Assembly (NCBI RefSeq): GCF_006345805.1
Contig: NC_042997.1
Span: forward strand, 167,338,001 to 167,402,000
Source of the DNA: Octopus sinensis
Lineage: Eukaryota
Direction of reading: 5' to 3'
DNA: 64,000 nt
The notes below the pieces were generated by a model. It was not told the DNA's origin. It made no database searches and saw only the letters and a program-made list of their open reading frames with translations. This document shows positions 11,264-24,279 of this stretch, piece after piece. The translations under genes were made by a program, and so were the position numbers. Each line of letters begins with the position of its first letter. Positions within the stretch are counted from its first letter, which is position 1.

Positions 11264-11804
11264 CTGATGAAAGGTAGACACAACTCTCTAAGTATGATCA
11301 GAAATACTTCGATACAATTTCCTGAATATCTTTGAAACTTTATAGCATCCTGTTTTCACCATCGATACGGGATCATAAACCATTACTACATACTTGTTTC
11401 AGTAGTTTTGTTAATTTCATGCATTTTTTTATTGTTGTTTTTACGGGGGTGGGTTTTCAGTGTATGAGAGACTAGTACCTCTTTCACGGAATTACTCTGT
11501 ACCGTAATTTATATTACCGGATCTGGTACTATATTCTATGCCTATGTAAACCGAGGCAATACAGAAATAATTCGACCTGCCATGATACGAGTACACATCA
11601 AAATGGGTAAAAGGGATAAGAATTTTCGGTCTATGAGTTAGTAATTTATTACCAGGGTCTAATATAACTTGCTTTTAAAAGATTCAAAATTATTAAATCA
11701 GCTATTAACAAACATGAATTTCAGCCTTCTCGACAACTGAAATATCCAGTATATTGTTGTACAATTATATTCAGTGGTTTTCAAATAAATACAAAGAAGT
11801 TTTT

Positions 11805-11980
11805 CATTCCTAATTTTGGCACAAGGCTACAAACTTAATGAGGGAAAATATATTGTTTATATTGACCTCAGTACTTAATTGGTAATTATTTTATCGATCT
11901 GGAAGGATTAAAAGCAATGCTGGCGAGATTTGAACTCAGAATATTAAGAGATTTAAGTAAATATTGTAAAGTACTTTGTC
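11805..11980 (-). mobile_element. Degenerate SINE family C (tail C2)
   Basis: TTTTGGCACAAGGC...TTTATCGA...ATTTGAACTCAGAA matches other family C minus-strand copies. Confidence 0.65.
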
Positions 11981-13339
11981 TCTTCTTCAAAATAAAAATA
12001 AATGAAACCTCTTCGAGCATTAAAGAAGAGTGATACTATCTTCTATTGTAAACGAACATGGATCGGATTTAGTTCTGCAAGTAGAGTGGCGTTTATGAGC
12101 ATTGATTTGATGAGAGAATCGGATAACGAGCCAAGTGTTCGAGGCAGTATATCCATGACCAAAGAATTTATCAACGACTATGAATTTATTACTAAGAGAA
12201 ATAACGTACCGATTGAAGCTGTAACATGCCCTGTATGGTTGAGGAGTATTTCGTTGTGCTTTCGCAATATGGTCTAACTGAGCTTATAATTACTCGTAGG
12301 TATGAGACATCGTCATAAAGTCATAAACTTGTAAACCATAGAACTGCAAAATTTCTCGACTAGTGTTCACCATGGCTGAGGTATCATGGAAAGTGAAGTA
12401 TAGCTATAACATTTGCATCTGACAGAGTCGGTGTCAAAAATTGGAGAATAATGTTAAACCTGTCTTTAAAATAACCGCTGATATAGGGAGGTACATGCAG
12501 AGTAAGGTAAATATTTCATATATGTTGCTGAAACCTTACGCAAGCGAAAGAATTTGCAGTTGTACTCAAAGTGGAGGAGAGTGCTAGTGAGAACCAACCT
12601 TGAAAATACTTCAAAAGAGAGAAAAATGGAAAATGAACAAAATCAATTCAAACAGGTGACTAAAGAAACTGTCGAAATGCAAAAGATAGCTGAATATAAC
12701 AAAAAAAAGTTCATTAGCTCAACAATGATATCCAACTTCCGATCGTTGAAGAAAATCTGGCTCTTTATTTTAGAGTTACAACGCCGCTCAGCATTCATTT
12801 TTTCCGAAGGTGTTATAAAGACAAACTTCGTTTAGTGATCATGAATTCCTAGTCTTTGAGCAGTGTTTGTGTGGTAAAAGAATTACTTTAGGTCATTTTC
12901 GGTTGTATCTTCTTATATAATATGATATACTACCAACAAAAGTTCTTTTGTGGTATATTGCTACTGAACTGAGCTGTTACTTTTGCGTCGGCCATAGTGG
13001 AAACCGAGTAAAAAGCAAAAGGGGGAATACTATACTCTTCTCGATCTCTAAATGCCGCATGAAGGTTGACTGAGCGAAAGATATTCTCGCAGTCGGAAAG
13101 CGCTTTAGCCTGTTCGGATGTTGGAGAGCTGTTTAGGCCTAACCGAAAGACGAAATTTATCAGTGATAATCAAATTATTGGGCTGCTTACCGGTTTGATT
13201 CGTTAAGATACCGAACAGAACCATTTCTTTCACTGAATCCAGCACAAGTTCGATTCTCAGTCAAACTGTCCCACCACATGAAGTGTTAACTTTCACAATG
13301 GTGTCGATAAAGATGTATATACACAGACATGTTTGTGTA

Positions 13340-13404
13340 CATGATCGTGTCTTTATAGACACGTGTGGGGTTGAGTGTGTGAAGGGTGTGTGTGGGTGTG
13401 TATT

Positions 13405-13435
<31 letters not shown>

Positions 13436-13560
13436 AGTGTGTGTGTGTGTGTAGGTGTGTGTGAGTGAGTGTGTGTGTTTGTGTGAGTGTGTGTGTGTGT
13501 GAGTGTGTGTGTGTGTGTGTGTGGTGTGTGTGTGTGTGAGTGTGTGTGCGCACGTGTGTG
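13340..13560. repeat. Imperfect (TG)n microsatellite
   Basis: Read directly. Confidence 0.9.
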
Positions 13561-13889
13561 TGTCAAAAGTTTCTGAAAGGAATTTTATCAGGCAATTCAA
13601 AATATCTTACGGATCTCCTTCCTTTTTACGAATGTTAGCCTTCAATACATGCAAACATTTTTTGAGAGGCAAGAAGTTGTCAAGCGATGGCAGGGGACAA
13701 TCTCAAACAAAATGAGACGCGCACGCACAAACAAGCGCACGCACACATGCACACACATACGTTCACACATACACACGTAGACATACAAGGTTTTTCGGGC
13801 TAAATTTGACAGTTTGCATAAAAGGAAAAGAAAATACAATATTCCATCTAAAAATAAATGTATTATAAAAAATCAAAATATATCAAGAC

Positions 13890-14022
13890 TAAGGCTGGTA
13901 GATATTCACTCACAGTACTTTGGTCGACTCTGGTCTGTATGTAGCAGAAAACATTTGCACTAGATGCGCAGAGGGACTGAACCTGACACCAAAAGTGAGG
14001 TTTTTAAACACACAGTCATTCC
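13890..14022 (-). mobile_element. Old degenerate family B SINE 5' fragment
   Basis: TTCACTCACA...TTTGGTCGAC...GGGACTGAACC...CACACAGTCATTCC resembles the family B head in reverse. Confidence 0.5.
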
Positions 14023-14378
14023 TTCACCCAATATATTCATATTGTTGAAATAATTTAGTTTGTAAATGTCAGTCACGCTTTGACTTGCATATGCAAGTCA
14101 TATCGCCATCAATTGTATACATTTGTGAGTGTCAGCGAGCGTTTGTACGACGGGAAAGGTGGGTTCTTAGAAATCAAATTACTTTTTGTATTATTGCAGT
14201 AATGATTTCGTTTTGTTTGCTTCTGTTGTGTCGAACGAGGGCATTACAAAAAAATGGCTGGTTATGATTTGGCGTTTTCACACAAAGCGCGAATGAAGAA
14301 AAAATAGTATATTTATGTATACTTATGTAAAAAACAAAATAAGTAACCATAAGTATACATAAGTGTACAAATAAGTGG

Positions 14379-14411
<33 letters not shown>

Positions 14412-14659
14412 CAACGACGACGACGACGATGACGACGACAATAACAACAAGCTGCTCATGATACATGAGCGCCACTGCAGAAGTAATGTCAAGAAGCGAA
14501 GGAGGTGCAAGATTATAAAAAAGCAAAAGGCACTAACAGTGCGATTTCGCCTTTGGGAAACGATGTTGTGCATAGTGAAGAATGAATATTATTTTCGGAA
14601 ATAAATATCGAATAAGTCAATATAATAGTGAGAGAATTCAAGAACAGAAGGAAGAACGA

Positions 14660-15120
14660 AAGATCAAATAATTGGAAAGAGAAAGAAGTCCGCAGCCAAT
14701 TCATAAAATCCGAGGCATAACGCTGGTTATGACAGACAGATTGAAACTTAAATCCAAAATCTAAATTGCTTATGATAACCGCTCTAAAACGAGCCGTTAA
14801 AACGAATTTAATGAAGAAAAAATGATAAAACTCTGTAATAGAACAGATACAGAATGTATGGGAAAGAAGACGAAAGAAACTATCTCCTGGGTGAGTGCAG
14901 CAGGGTACCACAAACGGAGTATAAACGCAGGCATAACTGTGTCGATAAAATTTAGAGATATCAGGACCTAGCCAGAGAAATTAAGAAATTGTGGAAGACG
15001 AAGTTAACAATCCTTCTGGTTATAAGTAGTGCACTCAGCACATCCAAAATGCAGCCTATAATGCTGAAAGATATTGGGATTAATACAAGTATTGTCGGCG
15101 TGCAGAGAAGGTATACGCCG
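14660..15120 (+). mobile_element. Degenerate R4/Dong-type LINE C-terminus (zinc knuckle and restriction-like endonuclease region)
   Basis: Manual translation gives WKEKE..., then GECSRVPQTEYKRRHN joined by a deletion to KI*RYQDLAREIKKLWKTKLTILLVISSALST...LKDIGIN, typical of RLE-type LINEs. Contains stops and a deletion. Confidence 0.75.
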
Positions 15121-15148
15121 AAGTCATCAAACCTCGGGATAAAATCTG

Positions 15149-15274
15149 CAGTTCTATATTTAAGAGATGAGGAATTATGTACATTATTTACAATATTTAC
15201 AATTGACAGATATCCGTCAATTGTAAATAATGTAAATAATGTACATAATTCTTCGTCTTTTAAATATAGAACTG
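15149..15274. repeat. Fold-back inverted repeat, 59-bp arms with 8-nt centre
   Basis: Arms 15149-15207 and 15216-15274 are reverse complements with 4 mismatches. The supplied opposite-strand ORFs share the peptide DEELCTLFT. Confidence 0.92.
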
Positions 15275-15462
15275 TAACCTGTTGTTGTTGAAGTTCCAAT
15301 GAAGGAGCCTTGGATCTTAGTCAGAAACTGGTTCTTTTACTATAGCAAGAAATTTTGATATAAAGCTGAATAATGACATACATACATACTGCTTTTACTA
15401 TCTAGCTAAGCAAAGGCGTTTCCTCAGTAACGTTCTATATATACATGTATGTGTGTGTGTGT

Positions 15463-15532
<70 letters not shown>

Positions 15533-15534
<2 letters not shown>

Positions 15535-15880
15535 AGTGGCTGTGCGGTATGTAGCTTGCTTACCGACCACATGGTTCCGAGTTCAGACCCACTGCGTGGC
15601 ACCTTGTGCAAGTATCTTCTACTATAGCCTCGGGCTGACCAAAGCCTTGTGAGAGAATTTGTTTGAGGGAAACTGAAAGAAGCCCGTCGTATATATATGT
15701 GTGTGTGTTTGTTCCCTACCATCGCTTGACAACCGATGCTAGTGTGTTTACGGCCCCATAAATTCGCGGTTCAACAAAAGTGACCGTAAAGTACTAGGCT
15801 CACAAAGAATAAGTTCTGGGGCTGATTTGCTTGACTAAAGGTGGTGCTCCAGCATGGCTGCAGTCAAATGACTGAAACAA
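15533..15880 (+). mobile_element. SINE family B
   Basis: Full head GGAGTGGCTGTGCGG through ...ATGACTGAAACAA, with a short internal microsatellite. Confidence 0.88.
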
Positions 15881-15939
15881 ATGAAATTTTTGCGGGAATA
15901 AGCAAAACACCTCTGCATATAATTATGCATATAATTATG

Positions 15940-16001
15940 CATGTATGTGTGTATGTATGTATGTATGTATGTATGTATGTATGTATGTATGTATGTATGT
16001 A

Positions 16002-16034
<33 letters not shown>

Positions 16035-16090
16035 ATGTATGCATGTATGTATGTATGTATGTATGTATGTATGTATGTATGTATGTATCC
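15940..16090. repeat. (TATG)n microsatellite
   Basis: Read directly. Confidence 0.95.
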
Positions 16091-16482
16091 ATGCACACAT
16101 GTCAGATAGGCTTATGGAAAACAAGAAAAGCAATTTTATAAGTAAACGCCTTTATGTGATTCTCCAATAAGTTTAAATAGTTTCATAGTTGGCGAGCATA
16201 AAATTTAATTCCGTTTATTAAATGTTTACTCCCTTGAGATTTTATCATAAACTGGAATTCCTAACAAACATAATTAAAATTAATTATTTTTAATATTTAT
16301 TCCCCTAAGTGAGGATTTTGACTTCTAAATTCATCTGTACCTCCTTAAAGGAAGCTACTCTTCCTTAAACGATACTCCATATTTTGTGGATATAAGTTTG
16401 TCTATGATTGCGTGCGTGTGTGTGTTTGTGTGTGTGTGAGTCTGTGTGTTTGTGTGTGTGTGTGTGTATGTGTGTGTGTGTA

Positions 16483-16513
<31 letters not shown>

Positions 16514-17041
16514 GTGTATGTGTGTATGTGTGTGTGTGTTTGTGTGTGTGTGTGAGTGTATGCGTGCGCGTGCGAGTTAGAGAGTGGGTGAGAGGAAGAG
16601 CTGTTTGGCTCTAATTTCCATTTTCATCGACATTTTATATGATTGGCATCTGGAATTACTTAATGGAATTTTGGAATTGCTAAATGGATTAGAGCGTGGG
16701 AGGAAGTGATGAGAGGGAAGAGGTTAAAGGCGGATTTGATATACAGAGTAAGAGGTGCAGATTGATTCTTATAAACCATTAAAACGTTGAGTACCATTTA
16801 AGAGTTTGTTTTCGTATAAATATAACTTAGAACCGGCCTGAATAGAGGGTATGAGGTGCAAAGTGATTCTTATAAACCATTAGAACGTATATCTTCATAT
16901 AGATATAACTTCGAACCGGCCTGAAGAGTGAAGCAGATCACTTCAGACCGGCCTGAAAAGTGAAGCAAATAGCTTAGGACGATGTTTGTCTCTCTAAGCA
17001 GCACCTACATGATGAGTAGCAAGCCATCACAGAAACTCATG

Positions 17042-17674
17042 AAGACGGCGAGCTGGCAGAAACGTTAGCACGCCGGGCGAAATGCTTAGCCGTATTTAGT
17101 CTGCCGTTACGTTCTGAGTTCAAATTCCGCCGAGGTCGACTTTGCCTTTCATCCTTTCGGGGTCGATAAATTAAGTACCAGTGAGACACTGGGGTCGATG
17201 TAATTGACTTAATCCCTTTCTCTGTCCTTGTTTGTCCCCTCTATGTTTAGCCCCTTATGGGCAATAAGGAAATAAGAAACGTTAGCACGCCGGGCGAAAT
17301 GAGTTGCCGTATTTCGTCTGCCGTTACGTTATGAGTTCAAATTCCGCCGAGATCGACTTTGCCCTTCATCCTTTCGGGGTCGATAAATTAAGTACCATTC
17401 ACGCACTGGGTCGATGTAATCGACTTAATCCGTTTGTCTGTCCCTGTTTGTCCTCTCTGTGTTTAGCCCCTTGTGGGTAGTAAAGAAATAGGTATTTCGT
17501 CTGCCGTTACGTTCTGAGTTCAAATTCCGCCGAGGTCAACTTTGCCTCTCATCCTTTCGGGGTCGATAAATCAAGTACTAGTTACGCACTGGGATCGACG
17601 TAATCGACTTAATCCTTTTCTCTGTCCTTGTTTGTCCCCTCTATGTTTAGCACCTTATGGGCAATAAAGAAATA
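17042..17674 (+). mobile_element. SINE family C trimer with probable TSD
   Basis: Three units. Flanks AGAAACTCATG (17031-17041) and AGAAACTCAATG (17675-17686) differ by one insertion. Confidence 0.88.
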
Positions 17675-18044
17675 AGAAACTCAATGAATTTTCCCTCAGC
17701 ATATCGTAATGCCTCTAATTCAGAAGAAAATTTATTTCAGCTCAATATTATCTTCTTGCATTTAGGTACGTTGAACCACTTGAAGGTAGTCAGCATATAA
17801 AATGCAACAGGATGCGCACTGCAAATCAATCGTTCTTTCTTTGTAGTCTTTCCCCCACTCCCAGCTGTTCTATGGATTCAGTAATTATAAAGTATATACT
17901 GTTCTGAATTCGTAATGCCTGTTTTGTCTGAGTTCACGCTGCTGTTGTCGCGTTTGTATCAAAACAACGATTACTTTTATATATGTAGCAAATTGTAATT
18001 GAAATATGAAATGTTTTGCGCGCTTCTCGCAAAGTAGTTCATGT

Positions 18045-18250
18045 AAAGCCAAGAAGAAGACGAAGAAGGAGAAGAAGAAGAAGAAGAAGAAGAAGAAGAA
18101 GAAGAAGAGGGAGGAGGAGGAGGAAGAAGAAGAAGAGGAGAGGGAGGCGGAGGCGGAGGAGGTGGAGGTGGAGGAGGAGGAAGAGGAGAGGGAGGAGGGG
18201 GAGGAGGAGGAGGAGGAAGAGGAGAGGAGGGAAGGAAAAGAAGGAGAAAC
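18045..18250. repeat. (GAA)n/(GAG)n polypurine tract
   Basis: Read directly; explains the poly-K/E/R/P ORFs. Confidence 0.95.
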
Positions 18251-18254
18251 ATGG

Positions 18255-18360
18255 AACATGGGTGGTTCGTTCAACATCCTTAAACAATCCTTATTCAAGG
18301 ACCTTTTGAGCGGGATGGGCTACTTGACCAGAAGAAAATTCTAAATAGGCCCCACCTACC
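18255..18360. repeat. Fragment of an unclassified interspersed repeat (reverse-orientation homologue of 40340-40450)
   Basis: CCTTATTCAAGGACCTTTTGAGCGGGATGGG is the near reverse complement of CCCATCCCGCTCAAAAGGTCCCTGAATAAGG near 40390-40420. Confidence 0.75.
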
Positions 18361-18559
18361 GAAAACCTACCTGGAATAAACATTGAGCTTTGTTTCTATA
18401 ATAATGATGATGATGATGACGACGACGACAATGACAACGACGACGACAGCGACGATGATGATGATGATGACATTACTCACAGGGGGGTTAAAGGTTGCTA
18501 AAGAATAGATAGCACAATAAAAGTAAGAAAAAACTAGACACCAACAAAAAATAAAACAA

Positions 18560-18800
18560 TGTCAGCAGAACATGCTCTTTGGAGACAATGAAAGGAAATT
18601 TTATTCGAACAGCTCAACAATGAGAATAAACGTGAGGATTAATGATGTACCAAATGCTGATGCAAAAAGAAACCTTTGGTGAAATATTTGGAGCAGTGGT
18701 TCAACCATAGCAAGGAAGCAGACTGGTTACAAAAATTTGTAAGTGAAATGGAAAATACATCAAAACATGACGACATAAATTTTACAGATGGGAAAGGGGA
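18560..18800 (+). mobile_element. Degenerate R4/Dong-type LINE fragment (region upstream of RT)
   Basis: Frameshifted translation approximates DNERKFY...VPNADAK...IWSS...HSKEADWLQKFVSEMENT, paralleling FWSDIWSKDKEHKKDAEWL near 58615-58675. Confidence 0.6.
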
Positions 18801-19601
18801 ACAGATACTTAAAATACCAAATTGAAAAGTCTCCTGTTTTGTCGGTGTTCAGCGATTTGGGGCTAAAGATCTTAGCAGTATGCACACCTATATACTGCCG
18901 TTTCTTCATGACTGTAGATAAAATGGAACACCAATTTGGATGATAACATGAAGGAAGATAGTACTGACAGAGAATGACAAGAAAAGAGTTGGTGAGTCAA
19001 TAACTATTGCCCTATTTCATACTTATCATTATTTTGGACGTTCTACTCGCCTCATAACTGATGAGTCGTAAAGCTTTTTGGAGTAAGAGAATCTACTATC
19101 ACAAGAGAAAAAGAGACGAAGAAAAGAGTCAGAGAACCTACCGATCTGTCATATATTGGCAGCATGATAGTAAGTTAAGTACGAATAGGCGTTGGTTGGA
19201 TTGAGACTGTCAGAACAACGGTCATGAAATTGAATGTAACTTCAAGATGAAATCCATTGATCTCCTTCATAGAAAACACTTAATGAAAGCAATTATCAAC
19301 TACATGTGTTTAACAACTCAGCACAAGAACAAAGCATAGTTTCATATCTATGTAAGTGAAGGCAGCATTAAAATTCATTTCCTCACCATAAATCCACTTT
19401 AAGAACAAGGGATAAGGGATCCCACAGGCTACTCGAGATATATATAGCATTTCAGAGAAAGTTATGTTCGCAATTTTGACATAAATCGCCAATTACTGAT
19501 TTAATAATATAAATGGAGCAAGGTAAAGCCAATTTTTTAATGTAGAGGAAATATATACAACAACTAAAGAATACGATATTTTAAACAAAAAGAGGGATGC
19601 A

Positions 19602-19802
19602 ATATTGGTTTCTAATTTTGGCATAAGGCCAGAAATCTCGGAAGAGGGTTTAAATCTATTACATTGACTCCACTCCTCAACTGGTGCTTACTTTATCGAC
19701 TCCTAAAGGATGAAGTCGACCGCGGTAGAATTTGAACTCAGAACGTAAGGACCGATAAAATACCGCAAAGTATTCTATCCGGCGTGCCAGTTCGCCGCCT
19801 TA
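19602..19802 (-). mobile_element. SINE family C monomer (tail C2), degenerate
   Basis: Ends CCAGTTCGCCGCCTT on the plus strand and contains ATTTGAACTCAGAACGT. Confidence 0.8.
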
Positions 19803-20275
19803 AAGGGCGATATGATATCAAAATGCTATTATGGCAACAAATACAAGAATAAAATAACGACCTAATTGACCAACTGGACATAAAGAAATACAACCAACTG
19901 GAAGTTGTTTATAACACGCTGTATCATGGCACAGCACTGTAAGGAAAATTACGCTACCAGCGCAAAATTATTTCTCCACTGATGTACTACGTTATGTAAG
20001 CCTCCAGAGACAAATTTCAAGTAATGGAATGGTGGATAACTTATATATACTCGATTAGACGCATACTTGCAAACTTATACCATATGGGATATTATGCTTG
20101 CAAGTAGCAAAGATAACACAGTGTATCTAGAAGAGGAAGTATATTGTTAAGTTAATTACAATTCAATTAATAAACCATAGACACAGAAACACAGTGCAGC
20201 TCATAAATAACAAGGCATTTAAATAGTCTTATTATAAAACCACTGACAGATTTATGAGAATATAACATATGTAAG

Positions 20276-20310
<35 letters not shown>

Positions 20311-20326
<16 letters not shown>

Positions 20327-20442
20327 AGTGCGGGTGAATAATCTCGAATTCGAGAACACCAGAATGCAATACTGAGAACATTATGTATGTGTATGTGTAC
20401 AGACATTCATATACATATATACATGTTTACACCACACACATT

Positions 20443-20473
<31 letters not shown>

Positions 20474-20480
20474 ACACACG

Positions 20481-20526
<46 letters not shown>

Positions 20527-20698
20527 ATATATACATATACATATAAGTGCGGGTGAATAATCTCGAATTCGAGAACACCAGAATGCAATACTGAGAACAT
20601 TATGTATGTGTATGTGTACAGACATTCATATACATATATACATGTTTACACACACACACATTCACACACACACACACACACACACATACACACACACG

Positions 20699-20750
<52 letters not shown>
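20311..20750. repeat. Tandem duplication, period 219 bp
   Basis: CATATAAGTGCGGGTGAATAATCTCGAATTCGAG... starts at 20321 and 20540; each copy ends in (CA)n(TA)n. Confidence 0.9.
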
Positions 20751-20756
<6 letters not shown>

Positions 20757-21236
20757 TTTTATGTATGTGCGTGTGTATGCATGTGAGAGAGAGAGAGGGA
20801 GAAAGAGAAAGACAGAGAGATAGGAAGTCAAATACCAGTGTTGTAAGTAACACGGTTCTATGTCTACTTTCGGAAGAGAAATCACATGTGTGGTCCTTTC
20901 AAAAATCCAAATATACTCTCATATACTCGCACAAACTCTAAGTAATTTTTAAAAAAACTACAGACCATCTACTTTTAAAGAAACTCAATTCTGAAAGTAG
21001 ATTCGAACTTATCATAATTTTCGTTGTTGAAACACTGGTTGAATAAGTCGTAAGATTACGTATAAGTACAATGTAAAGTTCGATGATTGACATATTATGC
21101 AATTACACACTCGCAATTATGCAATTACACAGCATGTAATTATGCAATGACACGCTATGTCAAGCGACTTTACTCTGCATGCTTTAGCTTCGTTACTATG
21201 GCAGCAGTCCGAATACTTATTGATCAGTCCTTGTTT

Positions 21237-21442
21237 AGGAATGGCTGTGTAGTGAGTAGCTTGCTTACGAACCACATGGTTCCGGGTTCAGTCCCACTGC
21301 GTGGCACCTTGGGCAAGTGTCTTCTACTATGACCTCGGGCCGACCAAAGCCTTGTGACTGGATTTGGTAGACGGAAACTGAAAGCAGCCCGTCGTATATA
21401 TGTATATATATATATGTATGTGTGCATATGTTTGTGTGTCTG
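21237..21442 (+). mobile_element. SINE family B, 5' half only (stops at the internal microsatellite)
   Basis: Head through AAGCAGCCCGTCG(TA)n; the 3' half is absent. Confidence 0.88.
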
Positions 21443-22366
21443 TAAGAACATCGAATTGAAAGCTTAGCCGCATTTGTTCTTGCTCTTTGCGTTCTGAGGT
21501 CAATTCCTGTCACGGGTAGTAGACTTCATCTGTCGACTGGTTTAACACCACCATCTAGCACCTTTGGAACTCTTAGCAAAATCCAATCTGTTGCAAGTAT
21601 TCAGGCTGAGTCTCAGGTTTCAGAACATATCCCTCTCTTTCTCTAGTGAAGGGTCATGAGCAATGCCCTCCTTCCTGGTTAAAACATAAAAGTGGAGCTG
21701 GCTAATTTTTTGATCACTGACTATATTTTGAAATCATGTACTGTGGGGAATAGCTGATTTCTTTCTTTCTATTTTAGAATATGGTACTCCTCGTAGAATT
21801 CATTCACACTCCTCTTCAGCACAGTGCTGCTTTTTCCTGAAACTCTTGTGTGATTCCATATATAGCAATGTGAACAGTCCCTATTAAATTTACTTGTGCG
21901 ATGTTTGTATACTGTTTCAGGGTACACATAAATCCATTCCGTAAATACCTATACGTAGACAAAAATCCAGCGGGAACAATATTAGCGACCAGAATGCACA
22001 GCGATATGCTAGTGTCTTTGGATCAAGCACACAATTATTTCCAAAACAAGAAATAGCTTTTTCAGTTCTTCAGATAAATGAGACTCTAATTCATTTAAAG
22101 CGCTTAGAATTTCATTTTGGAGACGAAATGCCAATACAGACAGATAACACATTTATATACTGAAGTTTTCATAATTGACGTTCCACGTGGCCAACACAGC
22201 AAACTTATCTCAATTTCTCTCGAATACATTGTTATAACTGGACAAAATAAGTTTTATCTATCAACGTCTTGTAAATGCACTTTATTCTTGATTTGTCATT
22301 ATGGTTTGGAGATTCATGTAATCCATTTTCTTCTGTAGATCCTACAAAATCTTTAAATGTTTATAA

Positions 22367-22529
22367 CAGAGATGACAACCTCATACGGGCCGCATGAAAC
22401 ATGGCTCATCATCAAGCGGGCCGCACGAAACATGGCTCGTTATCAAGCGGGCCGCACTACCCAGATAATTCAAAGTGATTTTTCGTTGATTTTCAGAAAA
22501 TTCCGCGGATCGTAGTTTGTCCATGACTA
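22367..22529. mobile_element. hAT-like non-autonomous element (163 bp) with 8-bp TSD
   Basis: Perfect TSD GTTTATAA (22359-22366 and 22530-22537). Imperfect ends CAGAGATGACAACC... and ...GTAGTTTGTCCATGACTA (CAG/TAG starts). Contains an internal duplication of about 32 bp. Confidence 0.72.
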
Positions 22530-24143
22530 GTTTATAAAGTTCTTGATTCTTATTTCATTCATTAATATGTAAATGGCTAAATTCTAAAATGTTCGCATCG
22601 TGAATAAAATTTAGTGAAGGGCAGTTATGAAAGTGTCATCCATTATCTAACATGCGCTACTTCCTCCATGTTCAAGATCAAGCATATCTTCGACTTTCAA
22701 ATCCCTAAGTGTAATTAGTTCGCCATTTAATGTATTTGTTTAACTGTAGGAATCTCTTTATGAACAAGTGTTTATTTTCTCAGGAGATAAGTGAGTTTCT
22801 TGAATTTTTAAAACTTCTTGATGAAGGAAGTTTTTAAAGCAGACATTTTGTGGAGAGCCAGTAGCGCACAATTGAACAATTTCGCAGAAGAAATTTCTCA
22901 CTATTTTTTATTTTTTTACTACATTTTTACTTTTTTCTACGTACTACAGAACACTCGTTGCATTTGTGCTAGGGGAATGGTTGTGATGTACAAATGTTTT
23001 AAGTATTTGTTACTTCTTTAGAAACTTGGTTTTTGCTAGGTCATTGTAATTAAGCAATTTTCTATTTTCGTAACATCAAAAGTAATTAATTTTTAAACTT
23101 TTATCTTTCACTATTAAGTGGTCTCATATATTTAGATTATTACGGCTGTTTTGAATTTTGAAAAAAAGTAATCCATTATATGGAACAACAAGTGTTAAAG
23201 AAATCGTGTAGATTCGAATTAGCAATTCATACTGAGAAATATTAGTTTTAAATTGTCAACTCTAATAAAAACAAAGTATATATGTTCACTCCGTAGTTCA
23301 CATTAAAGTTCCTCTTTGTGTGACAAATGGACTGAAAAAAGAAACGCGAAAATAAACCAGTTTTCTCTATGGAAAAGTGGCAGAAAAAGAAATATTATTT
23401 TGGTGATTCTCTCAGATTCAAAGAATGTGTAGCTCGTGTCGAAGAAAGAGAGAAAGTAAAGCGAATCATTTATTCAACCAAAAGTTTGTTTTATTCTGTG
23501 GTTTCTTTTATCTAGTGCTTCATTTGTACAGGGGAATCTAAATATTCTTTTAAGTAAGTCTTTTAACCATAGAGACTTTGTATTAGTGTAGATTTTCACT
23601 GAATCCATATAAGTAAATAAATGTGTCAGTGTAAAAGGGTATGAAGTCTGTATGAGTTTCTATCGGAATGTTTGTGTCTCGAAATGAAGTAATTATATTG
23701 CTTGGAATTTTATTTGTACTTTTCAGAGTATTTACTTTTAGTAGACTTGTTTTCTAGGTTTTGCTTTAGTTTCACGACGTCATCCGGTGCGTAAATTACT
23801 ACAAGTATACGTACGCATTCCTTGTATACATAATGTATATGTATGTTTTGTTTAATAATGATATTTAATAGTTTAGCGATCGACTATGCAGGTGTATTTA
23901 TTTGAGATATTAGGGACCGCAGGGGTTGTCTCGTTTGAGTAGTTTCACTTTTTCATTGTCATGTACTGGTGTCAATTCTCTTATAGTGCAAGTGAAATAA
24001 GGTGTTTCTTATAAATCGGGATTTGACAGATGGAAAGTTGTGTAATCGAATCTGGAAGAACATAAATGTCATGCGACATACTTAATAACACCGCTATGAT
24101 TGCGCCTGCACACACACAACACGCACACACACACACTCACACA

Positions 24144-24201
<58 letters not shown>

Positions 24202-24279
24202 AATCTACCGAGTTGTTCCTTGTCCAAGAAATCGTTGTCGAGCTCTTTTCTTTCTTCTGATTTTTTTTCTTCAGCTTGT

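Noticed and set aside
11264-11320. CTGATGA...GAAA as a hammerhead
   Set aside because: No stem II closes the core and there is no GAAAC-NN-GUH arrangement.
12002-12835. Non-repetitive-looking plus-strand ORFs of 91 and 93 aa
   Set aside because: No recognisable motif or convincing splice context; lengths are within chance expectation.
19058-19095. CTGATGAGTCG as a hammerhead start
   Set aside because: The complementary half of stem II and the GAAA are missing.
23760-23800. CGACGTCATCCGG as a CRE/ETS-like promoter motif
   Set aside because: A single short imperfect motif with no transcript or gene start to anchor it.
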